In this document: positions 40,404-53,968 of the stretch, piece after piece
How positions within the stretch are numbered: position 1 is the stretch's first letter
Layout: every line of letters starts with the position of its first letter
Assembly (NCBI GenBank): GCA_951406725.2
Contig: OX597822.1
Location: 80,910,001-80,974,000 of the forward strand
Direction: 5' to 3'
From: Octopus vulgaris
Taxonomy: Eukaryota
Length of the DNA: 64,000 nt
Translations under genes and position numbers: made by a program
Notes under the pieces: generated by a model
Database searches by the model: none
Seen by the model: only the letters and a program-made list of their open reading frames with translations
Told to the model about the DNA's origin: nothing

Positions 40404-40595
40404 TAGGGAGAGTTCACGAAAAAACAAAAGACGAAGACAGGTGGTGTATAAAACAAACATATGTGTTAGTATAACGCTCAGGAATAGAAAAAGTCTTTTA
40501 CGTTTCGAGCCTACGCTCTTCTACAGAAAGGGACACAAGGTGAGATACAAGGAGAGAAAAAATGTGTGTAGTGGCTACCGATCTATCATGGCGAT
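40404..40595 (-). mobile_element. PLE pseudo-LTR-like element with minimal HHR at 40495-40530
   Basis: Minus strand: cttt-CTGTAGA-agagc(gtag)gctc-GAAA-cg-TA-aaag; homologous to 44500-44715. Confidence 0.7.
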
Positions 40596-40776
40596 ATTGC
40601 ATATATATAGTTATATAGTAATAGATATATGACGGGCTGCACACACTTTCCATCTATCGAATTCGCTCATATAACATTGGTCTGTCTGTCGCTCTTATAA
40701 AAGTCATCAGCCAGCAAAACATGTTTCTTAAACACAGCCATGGCAGCACTTTTACTTATATAGGTAGCTATGTGTA

Positions 40777-40846
<70 letters not shown>

Positions 40847-41386
40847 TGCGTGTGTTTGACAGGAATGTTTTAAAATCTCCCTTCCTGTGTTATACTGTCG
40901 TTTCTTTTTCTGCCTATATGTTGTTTTTTTTCAGTCTGTACTTTTCTCAAATATGTCTGACTTTTCTTTATTATTTCATATAATTTCACATGGATTGCTT
41001 GAGGTTGTTTCAGATTAGGTTTTGGAAACAGTCTTTTCATTTTTCCTTTCCAAAGTTTCATCTGTCACTTTCAAGAAGACAACTATTTTCATCAATTCAT
41101 TATCCTTCTCGCTCTTACTACTACTACTACTACAACTACTACTACTACTACTACTACTGCCGCTGCTGGTGCTACTGCTGCTACTAATCCTACTACTTCT
41201 ACTACTACTACTGATATAGCTGGTGTTACTGCAACCACCTCTACCACGACTACTACTCTCACTACCAACACCACACGACCACTACAGGCACTAGTATAAA
41301 CCTACTACCAACACGATCACCGCTACTATTATTCTAATGCTGCTGCTGCTGCTACTACTATAACTTCTATAGCTATTACTGCGCTA

Positions 41387-41450
<64 letters not shown>

Positions 41451-41526
41451 CATTATTACTATTACTATTATTATTATTATTATTATTATTATTATCATTA
41501 TTATTATTATCACCATCATCATCATG

Positions 41527-41574
<48 letters not shown>

Positions 41575-41880
41575 CAATATAATGTATTGGATGTGAAGTG
41601 TGTTTAAAAACTGAGAATAAAAAACAACAAGTCAGAAAACTACTCACTGCATTTCCGCCCCACATCCTAAAGGCAATATAGGTAGGATGTAACGAACGTG
41701 TGCATGAGGAGAATGGAAAGTTAAAAATAAAACAGAGATCTATTAGAGAAGCAAGATAGACTAAGGAGATTTGGTGGAGAAAAATATTTAGCAACAACTA
41801 AGCTACGTTGATTAGTTTAATGAGGCAAGACAGGGAAATATACTAAAAACGAAACAAAAAATAAAATTATACACAATGAA

Positions 41881-41952
<72 letters not shown>

Positions 41953-42063
41953 TTCTGATTGCAGGTAGAGGCAGATTGGTAGATAGGTAGATACATAGAT
42001 AGATACATACATACATACATACATACATACATACATACATAGCTAGATAGCTAGCTAGCTAGC

Positions 42064-42140
<77 letters not shown>

Positions 42141-42175
42141 TCATTCATACATACATACATACATACATACATACA

Positions 42176-42209
<34 letters not shown>

Positions 42210-42222
42210 CATACGTACATAC

Positions 42223-42264
<42 letters not shown>

Positions 42265-42904
42265 AAAGATAGATATTTAGATACATGATGATAGGTAAAT
42301 AATTAGAGAGAGATTATATGAAGATAGGTAGATATATGACTAGATACATAGATGGATAGATACAAATATAGATTAGACAGATAGCTTTTACACCGTCTAA
42401 ATAGATGAACATAAAAACAACAGAAAATCTGAATAAAAAATACATCTAAAAATTTGAACTGCAAATATAATATCAAAGAGAAAATGAAGAGATAAATCTC
42501 TTCCTCGACAGATTAAAAGCAAAAAGGAACGTTCTGATTTTAGCTTCACATGATCAAAGATGAACCAGAAAAAAAATAGAACTAAAGAAAATTATAAATA
42601 AAATAAAATTGACAAAGTAAAATGATAAAAATAAATGTCTGACGCCAAAAACGGACGATGTAATAAATAGAATAAATCAAGAAGCCATATCATTTTCGGA
42701 TGGCCAGTCTTCCCAAACAGAATATAAGCATAGACACGACCGAGTAGTTAGCTATATCCACTAAATAGTGAGAGAGAGAGAGAGAGAGAGAGAGAAAGGT
42801 AGAGAGAGAGAGACAGAGAGAGAGAAGGAAAGAGAGGAGAGAGAGTAAATTAGGGGTATTTGTACATAGAGAAAATAGGGGTATTTGTACATTAAAATTG
42901 ATGG

Positions 42905-43255
42905 TAAGGAGCTTGCTTGGTTACTATGTGGTGTCAGGTTCCGTTCCACTGCACGGCAACGCTAGCGAGTGTCTTCTGCTATAGTCCCTCTCCGACCAGT
43001 TCATTGTAAGAGAATATGGTAGGCAGAAACTGTGTGAAAGCCCGTCGTGTGCGTGTGCACGTTCCTATCCCCATCTTTACCGCTTGACAACTGATGAAGT
43101 TTTGTTTACATCCTTGCTATCTAGCAGTTCGGCAAAAGTAAAACGTCATAAAAGGAAAAAAATATCTACTGAAGTAGATTTGTTAGGCTAAACTTTCCAA
43201 AATGATGCTCCAGTACGGCCGCAATCCAGTGACTGAAATAATTAACGGATAAAAG
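42905..43255 (+). mobile_element. SINE family A, diverged
   Basis: tggtaaggagcttgctt...gagtgtcttctgctatag...gctccagtacggccgcaatccagtgactgaaa. Confidence 0.7.
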
Positions 43256-43859
43256 TTAAATGGAAATATAATACACGAAATGCAGTTATATGATGTTAAT
43301 GGCGGCCACTACGATTCTGCAAGCCACGTCAGCTCAGAAATGGTGTCTTACGATAAATAGTTAAATCTTTTACGATCAAAGCATAGCCAAGAAGGAACTT
43401 AAACAACTTGAAGACCTATCAAAATAAAAGAAACTTGAAGCAATAAATACAGAAAACGTGAGATATAAGAGTGGAGACGGTAACAATAAAATATGGCGCT
43501 CGGGAAATGAGTAAAGTCATAAATAAATGCAAGAGAATAATATGGGCGCTTACTGCATTACAGAAACCAAAATTAGTTTCCTATGTAAGTAGGCCAGATA
43601 TTATATGTAAGAGAACCTCAATTCAATAGCAAAACTCGCATAATGATTATTCCATGCAATCGCCGCTGTAAAATATCTAACAGCGAAGATGGCCGACACT
43701 AAAATAACACAGATCACAACACAGCAAATCCACATAACAATGAAACAGACCAATCAACTTCTTATTGCACCAAAGAGAAAACAGTGAACACAGCCCAGGA
43801 ATACTGAAGTATAATACTTGGTGTAGATGGATGTCTGGAGATCTTTTATCAGTCTTTAA

Positions 43860-43944
43860 CGTTTAACTTTTCTTGTTTCGGTCATTACACGGCGGCCATC
43901 CTGGAGCACCACCTTGAAGAAGAATAAGTCGAACGAATAGATGC

Positions 43945-44018
<74 letters not shown>

Positions 44019-44066
44019 ATATATATGCATATATACATACGTATATGTATATACTTACATCTATAC

Positions 44067-44115
<49 letters not shown>

Positions 44116-44315
44116 TATATGGGCACACGGCGTCATATATATATTTCAGGTTTGGAACTTATTCTATCCGAGACTTTCGACGGACCGGTAAGTTACTGGG
44201 ACGTAAATAAACTAACACCGAATGATGAATACAGACACAAAATAAAGCACACACGCACACATATTCGACAGGTTTCTTTCAGTTTCCATCTCAATTTCCA
44301 GATCCACCCACAAGA
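43860..44315 (-). mobile_element. SINE family A fragment interrupted by (TA)n
   Basis: Tail at 43870-43945, body at 44155-44315. Confidence 0.6.
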
Positions 44316-44329
44316 CGTTTGCTTCTAAA

Positions 44330-44718
44330 CGACACATATTTACATTTTTGCATTAAATATATTTAATATTCTATGTAAATAGACTTGCATAACTTGTTTC
44401 TCCTTATATTTATTCCTCTACCTGCGCAATTTCAAATCTCTTGAACACTCTGAAGTGTATTCTATAAAGAGAATTCCTGTCTCTGTTCCATATTTCAAAA
44501 ATGTAACCACATGTGGATCGTTGGCAATTTTTCCCTTTCGTCTTCCTTTTCTCTTGGACTTTCCTCTGTTTCCTGTTTCTGACGAAGAACTTTGCTCGAA
44601 ACGTAAAACAACCCTTCTTTCCTTCCCTCAGCATCTGCTAATACTTTGCATGTACCACGTCCTCGCATTGTTGTTTTTTCCCTGTGTTTTTTCTTTGTTT
44701 CTTTTGGATTAATTATAC
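44330..44718 (+). mobile_element. PLE pseudo-LTR-like element with minimal HHR at 44575-44609
   Basis: gttt-CTGACGA-agaac(ttt)gctc-GAAA-cg-TA-aaac, followed by a T-rich tail. Confidence 0.75.
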
Positions 44719-44792
44719 AAACACACAGACACACACGAGTATGTGTATATATATATATATATATATCAAACAATCAAGTTCCGACTTGGGCT

Positions 44793-44899
44793 ATTTCTTA
44801 CTGAGGAATCTGAGGGCCTGTGGAAGATTGGCTTGATTTAATTTAATCAGGTTAGTTTACCATTAATCGGCAGATGAAACGGTATATCGTATAAGAAAT
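44793..44899 (+). ncRNA. Type I hammerhead ribozyme (copy 1), predicted cleavage after 44891
   Basis: atttctta-CTGAGGA-atctg...(agattggcttgatt/aatcaggttagttt hairpin)...cagat-GAAA-cggtatatcg-TA-taagaaat. Confidence 0.9.
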
Positions 44900-45285
44900 T
44901 ACAGGGTAAATGTTTTTTAAATTTTCTCCTGGTTTACAGAATTAACTTTTATTTGCGGTTGAAGCTTTGGCTGTTATTTCTAGTGGGTGAATGGCCTATT
45001 ATGGCCGTTCCTTGATTGTTTGATGTTGAACTTAAAAATGGTCTATGACTATTTAATTTTTTCCTACTAGGCCGCTGGTGGCAAAAGAATTCTACAAAAT
45101 TTTTTTTGCCACCCTATATTGATTAATTATGAATTTTCTGGTTAATTCCGTAATGGAATCGACGGCTTATATTTATTTGCTGCCGATAAATTTGGCGCGA
45201 GTGCGACGATTTGAAAATTTTAGGTCAGATATAAACTTGGCAAGGTCGGAAATGCCTCGTGAAAATATCTGTTCCGACTTGGGCT

Positions 45286-45392
45286 ATTTCTTACTGAGGA
45301 ATCTGAGGGCCTGTGGAAGATTGGCTTGATTTAATTTAATCAGGTTAGTTTACCATTAATCGGCAGATGAAACGGTATATCGTATAAGAAAT
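45286..45392 (+). ncRNA. Type I hammerhead ribozyme (copy 2), predicted cleavage after 45384
   Basis: Identical to copy 1. Confidence 0.9.
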
Positions 45393-45616
45393 TACAGGGT
45401 AAATGTTTTTTAAATTTTCTCCTGGTTTACAGAATTAACTTTTATTTGCGGTTGAAGCTTTGGCTGTTATTTCTAGTGGGTGAATGGCCTATTATGGCCG
45501 TTCCTTGATTGTTTGATGTTGAACTTAAAAATGGTCTATGACTATTTAATTTTTTCCTACTAGGCCGCTGGTGGCAAAAGAATTCTACAAAATTTTTTTT
45601 GCCACCCTATATTGAT

Positions 45617-45685
<69 letters not shown>

Positions 45686-45884
45686 TATATTAAATTAGAG
45701 ATAAAACCACTATTAGGCTAATCATACAATGAAAAACTTAAGCCAATACATAAGATTAATTAATTTATATTATTTAAATATATATCAAAATTATTAAAAA
45801 AGATAATTAATATAACACTACGATCGTTTCATGGCTGTTCAATTCTTAAAATTTTCGAGTTACAGTCATTCTTTAGTTGGTTTA

Positions 45885-45965
45885 CATATCATTTTATTCA
45901 ACATATTCCCCTTTCAGATTCACACACTTATTGCTGCAGTCCTTCAATTTTTCCAAGCCCACAGG
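45885..45965 (-). pseudogene. Mariner transposase C-terminal remnant
   Basis: Minus strand GLEKLKDCSNKCVNLKGEYVE*. Confidence 0.65.
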
Positions 45966-46146
45966 GTTTGTTCTGGCTTCATAACGTCTAAAGTCTTATA
46001 TTGGAAAATTTACTTCCTATTAAGATATCAGTTAAGCCAGAGGCTTTAGCCTCCCTCTGGCATTGCAAAGCAATATTTTACTATAAAATTGGACTCAATC
46101 CTAAATCTGATTTTTCCCTGTAAGTTTGGATTTATTCCCTAATATT

Positions 46147-46212
<66 letters not shown>

Positions 46213-46721
46213 GTACATATATTTATGCATGTGTCTTTTTGTTTGCGTTTGATCCTCCCCTGGCACCACTTGGCACCCGGTTTCGATGTGTTTACAGCCA
46301 AGTAGCTTAGTAATTCAGCAAAGGAAACCGGTAGAATAAAGACCAGTGTTTAAAAAGAAAAACGTGTACTTGTTTCGATTAGTTCGACTAAAATTCGTCA
46401 AGGCCGTGCCCCAGCATGATTGCAGTCCAATGTCGGAACCAACTAAAAGGCAAAAGGTAAAACAAAAAAAAGATACAGGATTAGTACGAAACGAAGTGGA
46501 TCTTTCGCGAGCGAATGATCTTTTGTGAGGGAGTGCTGAAACGAGACCCCACCTTGATTTAAAGAACAAACAATGTCAGCCGCCATTAGTACACGCACAG
46601 ATTCAATTACTGAAGCATTAGTGTTCTCTTCCATAGGCATAATACTAGAAATTGAGAGGACACGATCGATTATATAAACCCACAGTACTTATGTAATACC
46701 TATTTTCATTGAACCTGGCAA

Positions 46722-47310
46722 GCGAAGGCGCGTGGCTAGAGTATTCGGCTAACGGTCGTTTGGTCGTGAGTTCGATTACCGGCAGCGCGTTCTTTCCTTG
46801 TGCTAGACATTTTATTTCAGGTTGGTCCAGTTCAATACACCAGGAACTCCACGAGCCATGATCCTCACCGCGAGGGTCGCGGTTGGTGTTCCTTCTGGCC
46901 GTACTTCTGCGTCTCAAACAGTGTCCGGGAAGCCTAGCTCCGCGATAAATTGTGCCGGTCGGGTGCTCGGTGACAGACACAGGAATCCGGACAGTTCCAG
47001 TCAGCCTTCCCTCGATTCGGTCGGCTGCAGATGCCGTCGGGACCTCACCGACCTTGTCGAGATGGCACCCTCCACAGTAAACCCCGGGACCGGCTGGGAG
47101 TAGTAACTCTTTTCCAAAAATTGAGTAATACTTCTTTTTCAAAGGGCGAATCTTATCACATCCTGTGTCACACACAATCTTCCTGAGAACTATATTACGC
47201 GTAGGCGTGTCTGTGAAAACCTCGGCCACTTGCACATTAACTATTCGAGAAAATTGTTCCATCGATCGGATCAACTAGAAACCTTGTCGTCGTAACCGAC
47301 AAAGTGCCAG
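46722..47310 (+). mobile_element. SINE family C interrupted by a ~260-bp GC-rich insert
   Basis: Head gaaggcgcgtggctagagtattcggct..gagttcgattaccgg; body resumes at ~47100 and ends gtcgtcgtaaccgacaaagtgcc. Confidence 0.75.
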
Positions 47311-48577
47311 GCCTAGGATGATGAAACGTAATCTTGCCTTTGGTATTATTCGAACTCATAACGTGTAAAGTGTTTGTCCGACAATATCAATTCCGCTAAT
47401 ACAACCCGTCTTACAAGAACATTAATATCAGAAAAATCAATAATCCAAAATTCAAAAACAGCAATAACGCCATCAACATCATTAACGGGGTAAAAACTGC
47501 AACGACAACAAACATTACTAATAGCATATAATCTCAACATTGACAACAACAACAATAGCAATAACAACTATAATGACAAATTGAAAAAGCCAACAAAAAC
47601 GTCAAATAGCAACAACAAAAACCACGATACAAGTTGCAACTATAATCACAATATTGAAAACAACTGCAGTAATAACAGGAACATGAATGATGACAAAAAC
47701 AAAAACAATAGTAATTTGAGCAGTCACAAAAGAATTGATATTTTTTCAAATAATAGTGACAGTCACAGCAGCAGCAGTAGCAACAACAACAACAACAGCA
47801 CCAGCAGCAGCAACAACAACTGTTTTGTTTTCTTTTTTTAATAACAATACGGACTTCGATTAGTGACATCAATGATGGTAAAAAGGCGAACACATAATAA
47901 GAACAACATTATTATTATCATTGATTAAATCCAAGAGCAATCCGGAGGACTGCGTCAGCGTACTCTAATGAATGATTCCCCCTTCAAAAGGATAAAGCTA
48001 AAAACAGTAAAATGACAAAAATATATATAATAATACGGAGTATTGTACTCTTATTTTGTTCTTTTTTCTCCATCTTTGCTTGCGTAGGTAGTGTGCGTCT
48101 GGATGGAGGAGGGGTGTTTCTGAAACCTTTCTTTTTGGATAATTTCCCATCATCAATTATCTGATGAAATGCATAATAGAGAAACCAACAAAAACAATAA
48201 AAAAAAACATGTATAAACCTTTTTTATACAATTTTGGTGTTCTGATTCTTCTATTTTTTATCTAATTTTTTATTATTACTTTTTTTACATTTAATTTATT
48301 TCTTTGCTTTTGAAATCGTAAATTCATAAAATAATTAGAAGAGAAACAACACTGCCATCATCACTATCCTTATCATTACAATCAGCGTCGTCATCATCAT
48401 CTTCGTCATCGTCACCACCGCCGCCACCAGAAGCAGCAGACAGTTGAAAGGACTCTGTTTTTTCAGTCGCTTTAAAAATTCTCCTCAAATCTCCACCTCC
48501 TGTCATCAGAATGTAGAGAAACTAGGACAACGTCATGAACAAAATAAAATAATAATAATAACAGCTGCGGTTCGCGG

Positions 48578-48720
48578 ATGGGGTGCCGAATGCACTTTTG
48601 CCGAAAGACAAGAAGCCGAAGCCAAGAAGTTGAATGGACACAATGCCGAACGGATAAGATGCCGCAAAGACATACGATAATTAAATTTAATCTCGTTAAA
48701 TCGACGACGGCCATGGTGAG
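48578..48720 (+). CDS. Candidate host-gene first coding exon (MGCRMHFCRKTRSRSQEVEWTQCRTDKMPQRHTIIKFNLVKSTTAM)
   Basis: Open frame from ATG at 48578 to two adjacent donor-like sites (ATG|GTGAGG after 48715, GAG|GTAACA after 48720) in non-repeat, CpG-richer sequence; no homology recognised. Confidence 0.3.
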
Positions 48721-48799
48721 GTAACACTATCAAAGGTTATGTTGAAGAAATCGACGGCACGACTTATACTTTGTTAAAATCTGCTACTTATTATAACAT

Positions 48800-48899
48800 T
48801 CCATCCTGCCGAACCGCTGCGTTATGAGGATATAAAGAATCTAACCAACGTTCTGAAACAGAGGTTGGGGTGAGTGACACACAAAGACACCAGACATAG

Positions 48900-48941
<42 letters not shown>

Positions 48942-49112
48942 ACGACTGGCTTCCACACAGTTTCCGTATATCAGCTTCACAGACAAGGCATTATCATTAT
49001 TCGGTCCGGGCTATAGTTGAAGGTATATGCTCAAGATGCCGTGCTGTGGGACAGAACACGAAACCGCGTGAGTGGAAAGTTACCTTCCTAAACACACAGT
49101 CATATCTGCGCC
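48800..49112 (-). mobile_element. SINE family A, diverged
   Basis: Reverse-strand head (acacagtcatatctgcgcct) and CORE (gggctatagttgaagg). Confidence 0.6.
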
Positions 49113-49639
49113 TCTGTATGTTTTTGCATATAAATATTGACCTCTTCGGTTTCATAAGTTCCTACCACTTTAGCTTAAGAGAGCAGTCCAAGTGTTCCAA
49201 TGTTTTCTTGTCATGACCATCCATTACTATTAATGACTCTAAAATGTGATTTAAGGAGAATTTGGATGCTATTTCTATGAGGTTACGCAAACAGTTTTCC
49301 GTATTGACTCGTTAGTATTAGATGGGTTATGCTGTTGATGTTATTAGAAGATGTTTCTAATCCATTGAGCTGGCTGGCAGAATTGGTAGAGCCACAAAAA
49401 CAACGTTAGCGTTATCTATTCCGGCTCTTTATGTTTTGTTATTGACGTCGAAGTTAACCTCCCCTTTCATTGTGAAACTAAGTTACTAAACAAGCAATAA
49501 GTTCGGTGGACATCGGTTACCACCTCCTGTCAAAATCATTGGCCGCCTGCCTAAATTAGAAACAATTATTCAGGCTTGCAGATTGGCAGAACTCTTAGAG
49601 TGTTGAAAAAACGTGTTTTGTGACACGTTTCTTGGCTCC

Positions 49640-49992
49640 TTAGGTATTTCGTCTACCGCTACGTTTTGAGTTCAAATTCCGCCGAGGTCGACTTTGCCTT
49701 TCATCATTTCGGGGTCGATTAAATAAGTACCAGTTACGCACTGAGATCGATATAATCGACTTAATCCGTTTGTCTGTCCTTGTTTGTTCTCTCTGTGTTT
49801 AGCCCCTTGTAGGTAGTAAAGAAATAGGTATTTCGTCTGACTTTACGTTCTAAGCTCAAATTTCTCCAAGGTCGACTTTGTCGTTTATGTTTTGGATCAA
49901 TAAATTAAGTACCAGTTGCGTACTGGGATCGATCTATCCGACTGACCACCTCCCACAAAATTTCGGGCCTTGTGCCTAGAGTAGAAGAGAAT
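49640..49992 (+). mobile_element. SINE family B, dimeric body
   Basis: gttcaaattccgccgaggtcgactttgcctttcatc...gggccttgtgcctagagtagaagagaat. Confidence 0.85.
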
Positions 49993-50814
49993 ATTGTTTG
50001 AAATTTTGACACACATCACTAATGTTGACCGGAGGGGGAAAAACTGATTACATCGAACCCGGTATTGGTTTCTTACTTTAGAATGTGGACCCCGAGTGGA
50101 TAAAAGGTTAAGTGGGAACCTAGAGTCACACGAAATACCACTGTTTTGTTCGACGTGCCAGTGACTCTGTCGGCCCACCGCATCTTGCTGGTCGATAAAA
50201 TAAAGTGCTAGTCATCCGCCCGAGTATCTACGTCTACCCACGACAACCTAGGCAGCTGAAACAATTACTTAAAACACAGTGCCTGGTATTAAGCAATACT
50301 ACTTCGCGAGAAACAGCTGGCTGTATTTTACTGCAGTATATATTTTTATTATTTAATTACATTTATTTGTCTATTCAAATCTGAGCTTCTTCGATTTCAC
50401 AGTTTTTTTTTTCTTCAGCCATACAACAACTGTGGCGTATATTATTGCGATATACTATTGCCGGTCTACGAACAAAACAAGACAACGTTACTCCTACGTG
50501 TTCAACCGTTCTAAATCAATCCATAAGAGACATAATTAAAATGATATTGCTGCAACGAGAAATATCAAATGTGTCTGTGAGTGGACTCAGCTGGAATATA
50601 TTTCCTGCTCTAGAGTGCTCACCACTGAACAAATCATTGACGGAAATAGAATCTGTAGCCTAGTTTCATAGTTCAGTCGTATAATTCATGGTGCGTTTTT
50701 GTCACAACAAATGTGTTTTCATTTTATTTTCAACTTATGTTCTTCGTAGTTGTTGGATATTTTTTTCAACTATTTTGTTTGCGGCTTTGTGTGTATGTGT
50801 ATGTGTGTAAATTC

Positions 50815-50862
<48 letters not shown>

Positions 50863-50970
50863 ATATGCATCTATGCACACACACAGACACACATATATAT
50901 ATATAAATATGAGTATTACACAGTATATGTACATACGTATCTATAGTATAATATATATATGTACATATAC

Positions 50971-51037
<67 letters not shown>

Positions 51038-51105
51038 TACACACACACATATATATATACATATATGTACCTATGCGTGTATATGTTGCATATATGCATC
51101 TGTAT

Positions 51106-51142
<37 letters not shown>

Positions 51143-51268
51143 CATACATATATGGGCGTATACATACACACGTATATCATTGTATATATATATACATACT
51201 ATTTGAAACGTAATAGTACCGATGCACATAGATATGCGTACGTACATGTGTGTGTTTGTGTGTGTGTT

Positions 51269-51301
<33 letters not shown>

Positions 51302-52081
51302 GTGTATGTGTCTGCATGTGTTTGTGTGTGTCTATATTTTGCGATATTTACATCGGGAATATAGCTTACAGCCTCTGGACTTGTAGCGTTTCAATAGATT
51401 TTATGTTACACAACAGCTTTTCCTCTGCTGTACTAATAACAAAAATAAAAATATAATATGAAAAGAAGATATATTCTGAGAGAAAGAAGAATCGAAGGAA
51501 ACTTAGAAAACAGTGCAACGGAATATGACTGATGCTAATGTAAAAGAAAATATTAAGAGTTAATGTGAGAGAGAATTGCAGAATAAAAGATTAATATATT
51601 CTCGAGGAGATGGGTGTAAATAGAAAATCGTAAGAGGGAATAGATTGTTTAAGTGGGAATCGAACTTGTTATCAGAATAGGACGTTTTGGGAAGGGACAA
51701 CGGCATACGTATATACATATATGAATATATATATATGTGTGTCTGTGTGTGTGTGTGCGTATTTGTGTGTGTATAGTTATTTATATAGATATGTGTATAT
51801 GTATTTACGTACATATATATATATATATATATGGAAACGTAGAGTAGATGAAACCATGTTGACTGAAGAAGGGGGTTTTTCTTTGTGTTAATTGTCCTGT
51901 ACTCTATTTTGTTTTTGTTGTTTAAAAAAATGTCCAGTTCCTTGGGTTTGTGTCTATGTTTTCGTTTCTCATTGTGTTCGACGTTTTTTTGGTGTCCTGT
52001 ACTCATATATGCGTGTATATATACATGTAGAGGTAGGTACGTACATATATGTTTATATATATGCATATGTTTTATTTATTA

Positions 52082-52175
<94 letters not shown>

Positions 52176-52187
52176 CATACATATATA

Positions 52188-52358
52188 GGCGCAGGAGCGG
52201 CTGAGTGGTAAGTAGCTTGCTTACCAACCACATGGTTCCGCGTTCAGTCCCACTGCGTGGAATCTTGGGCAAGTGTCTTCTACTATAACCTCAGGCCGAC
52301 CAAAGCCTTGTGAGTGGATTTGGTAGAGGGAAACTGAAAGAAGCCTGTCGTATATATG

Positions 52359-52390
<32 letters not shown>

Positions 52391-52607
52391 CGTGTGTGTT
52401 TGTGTGTCTGTGTTTGTCCCCCTAGCATTGCTTGACAACCGATGCTGGTGTGTTTATGTCCCCATCACTTAGCGGTTCGGCAAAAGAGACCGATAGAATA
52501 AGTACTGGGCTTACAAAGAATAAGTCCCGGGGTCGAGTTGCTCGACTAAAGGCGGTGCTCCAGCATGGCCGCAGTCAACTGACTGAAACAAGTAAAAGAG
52601 TAAAAGA

Positions 52608-52608
<1 letters not shown>
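52188..52608 (+). mobile_element. SINE family A, best-preserved copy
   Basis: ggcgcaggagcggctgagtggtaag..gttcagtccc..cttgggcaagtgtctt..ggcggtgctccagcatggccgcagtcaactgactgaaacaagtaaaagag. Confidence 0.92.
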
Positions 52609-52671
<63 letters not shown>

Positions 52672-52689
52672 ATACATATATATATATAA

Positions 52690-53118
<429 letters not shown>

Positions 53119-53175
53119 CACTTCCTATCTCCCTCTTACTCCTAATTTAATTTTTCTAATTTATATATATATAAA

Positions 53176-53468
53176 TTGAGAGAGCACATAAATATCAACA
53201 TCATCAGAAAGAAGTCCGGCGTGAGAGATGTCATCGCAGAGTATACTCGCAGCAAGTATAGGTGGGCTGGACACGTCGCCCGGCTCACCGATAATCGGTG
53301 GACGCACGCAGTTGGCGAGTGGTATCCGCGTGAGCGGAAAAGACCACCTGGAAGACCTCCACGACGGTGGAGTGACGATTTCAAGAGCACGATTGGATCA
53401 CGAGGATGAGAAAGGCGCGATCCAAATGGACGCCTGGCGGACTGGTCGGTCAAAGTGATCAAAGTGAT
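53176..53468 (+). pseudogene. 5'-truncated RTE-clade LINE (C-terminus + 3' UTR)
   Basis: IRKKSGVRDVI..KYRWAGHVARLTDNRWT..EWYPRERKRPPGRPPRRWSDD; tail caaagtgat x2 into (TA)n; frame intact. Confidence 0.88.
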
Positions 53469-53968
53469 ATATATATATATATATGATTGATTGATTCTAG
53501 TTTCAGTTACACTTCCTATCTCCCTCTTACTCCTCTCATGTGACCTATTCATAATATCTTGACCACCAACTAACACTCCTTTTTTCACTTTTTATCACGT
53601 TTTCACTTTTTCATTTTCTTTTTCGTTCATTTTCCCTTCTTACTTTCATTTTCTCTTCCTCTTTCTTTCCTTCTTCTTTTCTCATTCACAACACAAGACT
53701 CCTTTGAATGAACAGCACATGGAATCTACGCCTCTATACGTTCCATTTGTAATGACAAAATATGAACTTTTATTGAATTTACACATCATGGGCATGAAGT
53801 ATTTCTACCACATCTACTCACTACTTTCTTTGGTAAATGGGACTGCAACTATAACATCTTTATATACTTTTATTTTTACTTTCATTCTCCTCTTTCCTTC
53901 TATACTCCTCATTTTCATCCTTTTTCAAAATAACACCGTAAACTGATTTCTGATATTTCTGTCTTTTT

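Larger units (their letters stand above)
44778..45617 (+). mobile_element. Retrozyme-like partial tandem: 347-bp exact direct repeats, period 493 nt, each carrying an HHR
   Basis: 44778-45124 equals 45271-45617; flanked by (TA)n on both sides; no coding capacity. Confidence 0.9.

Noticed and set aside
46645-47274. 209-aa minus-strand ORF
   Set aside because: Runs antisense through a SINE and its insert; chance open frame.
48155-48190. ctgatga...gaaac motif
   Set aside because: No supporting stems; likely chance.
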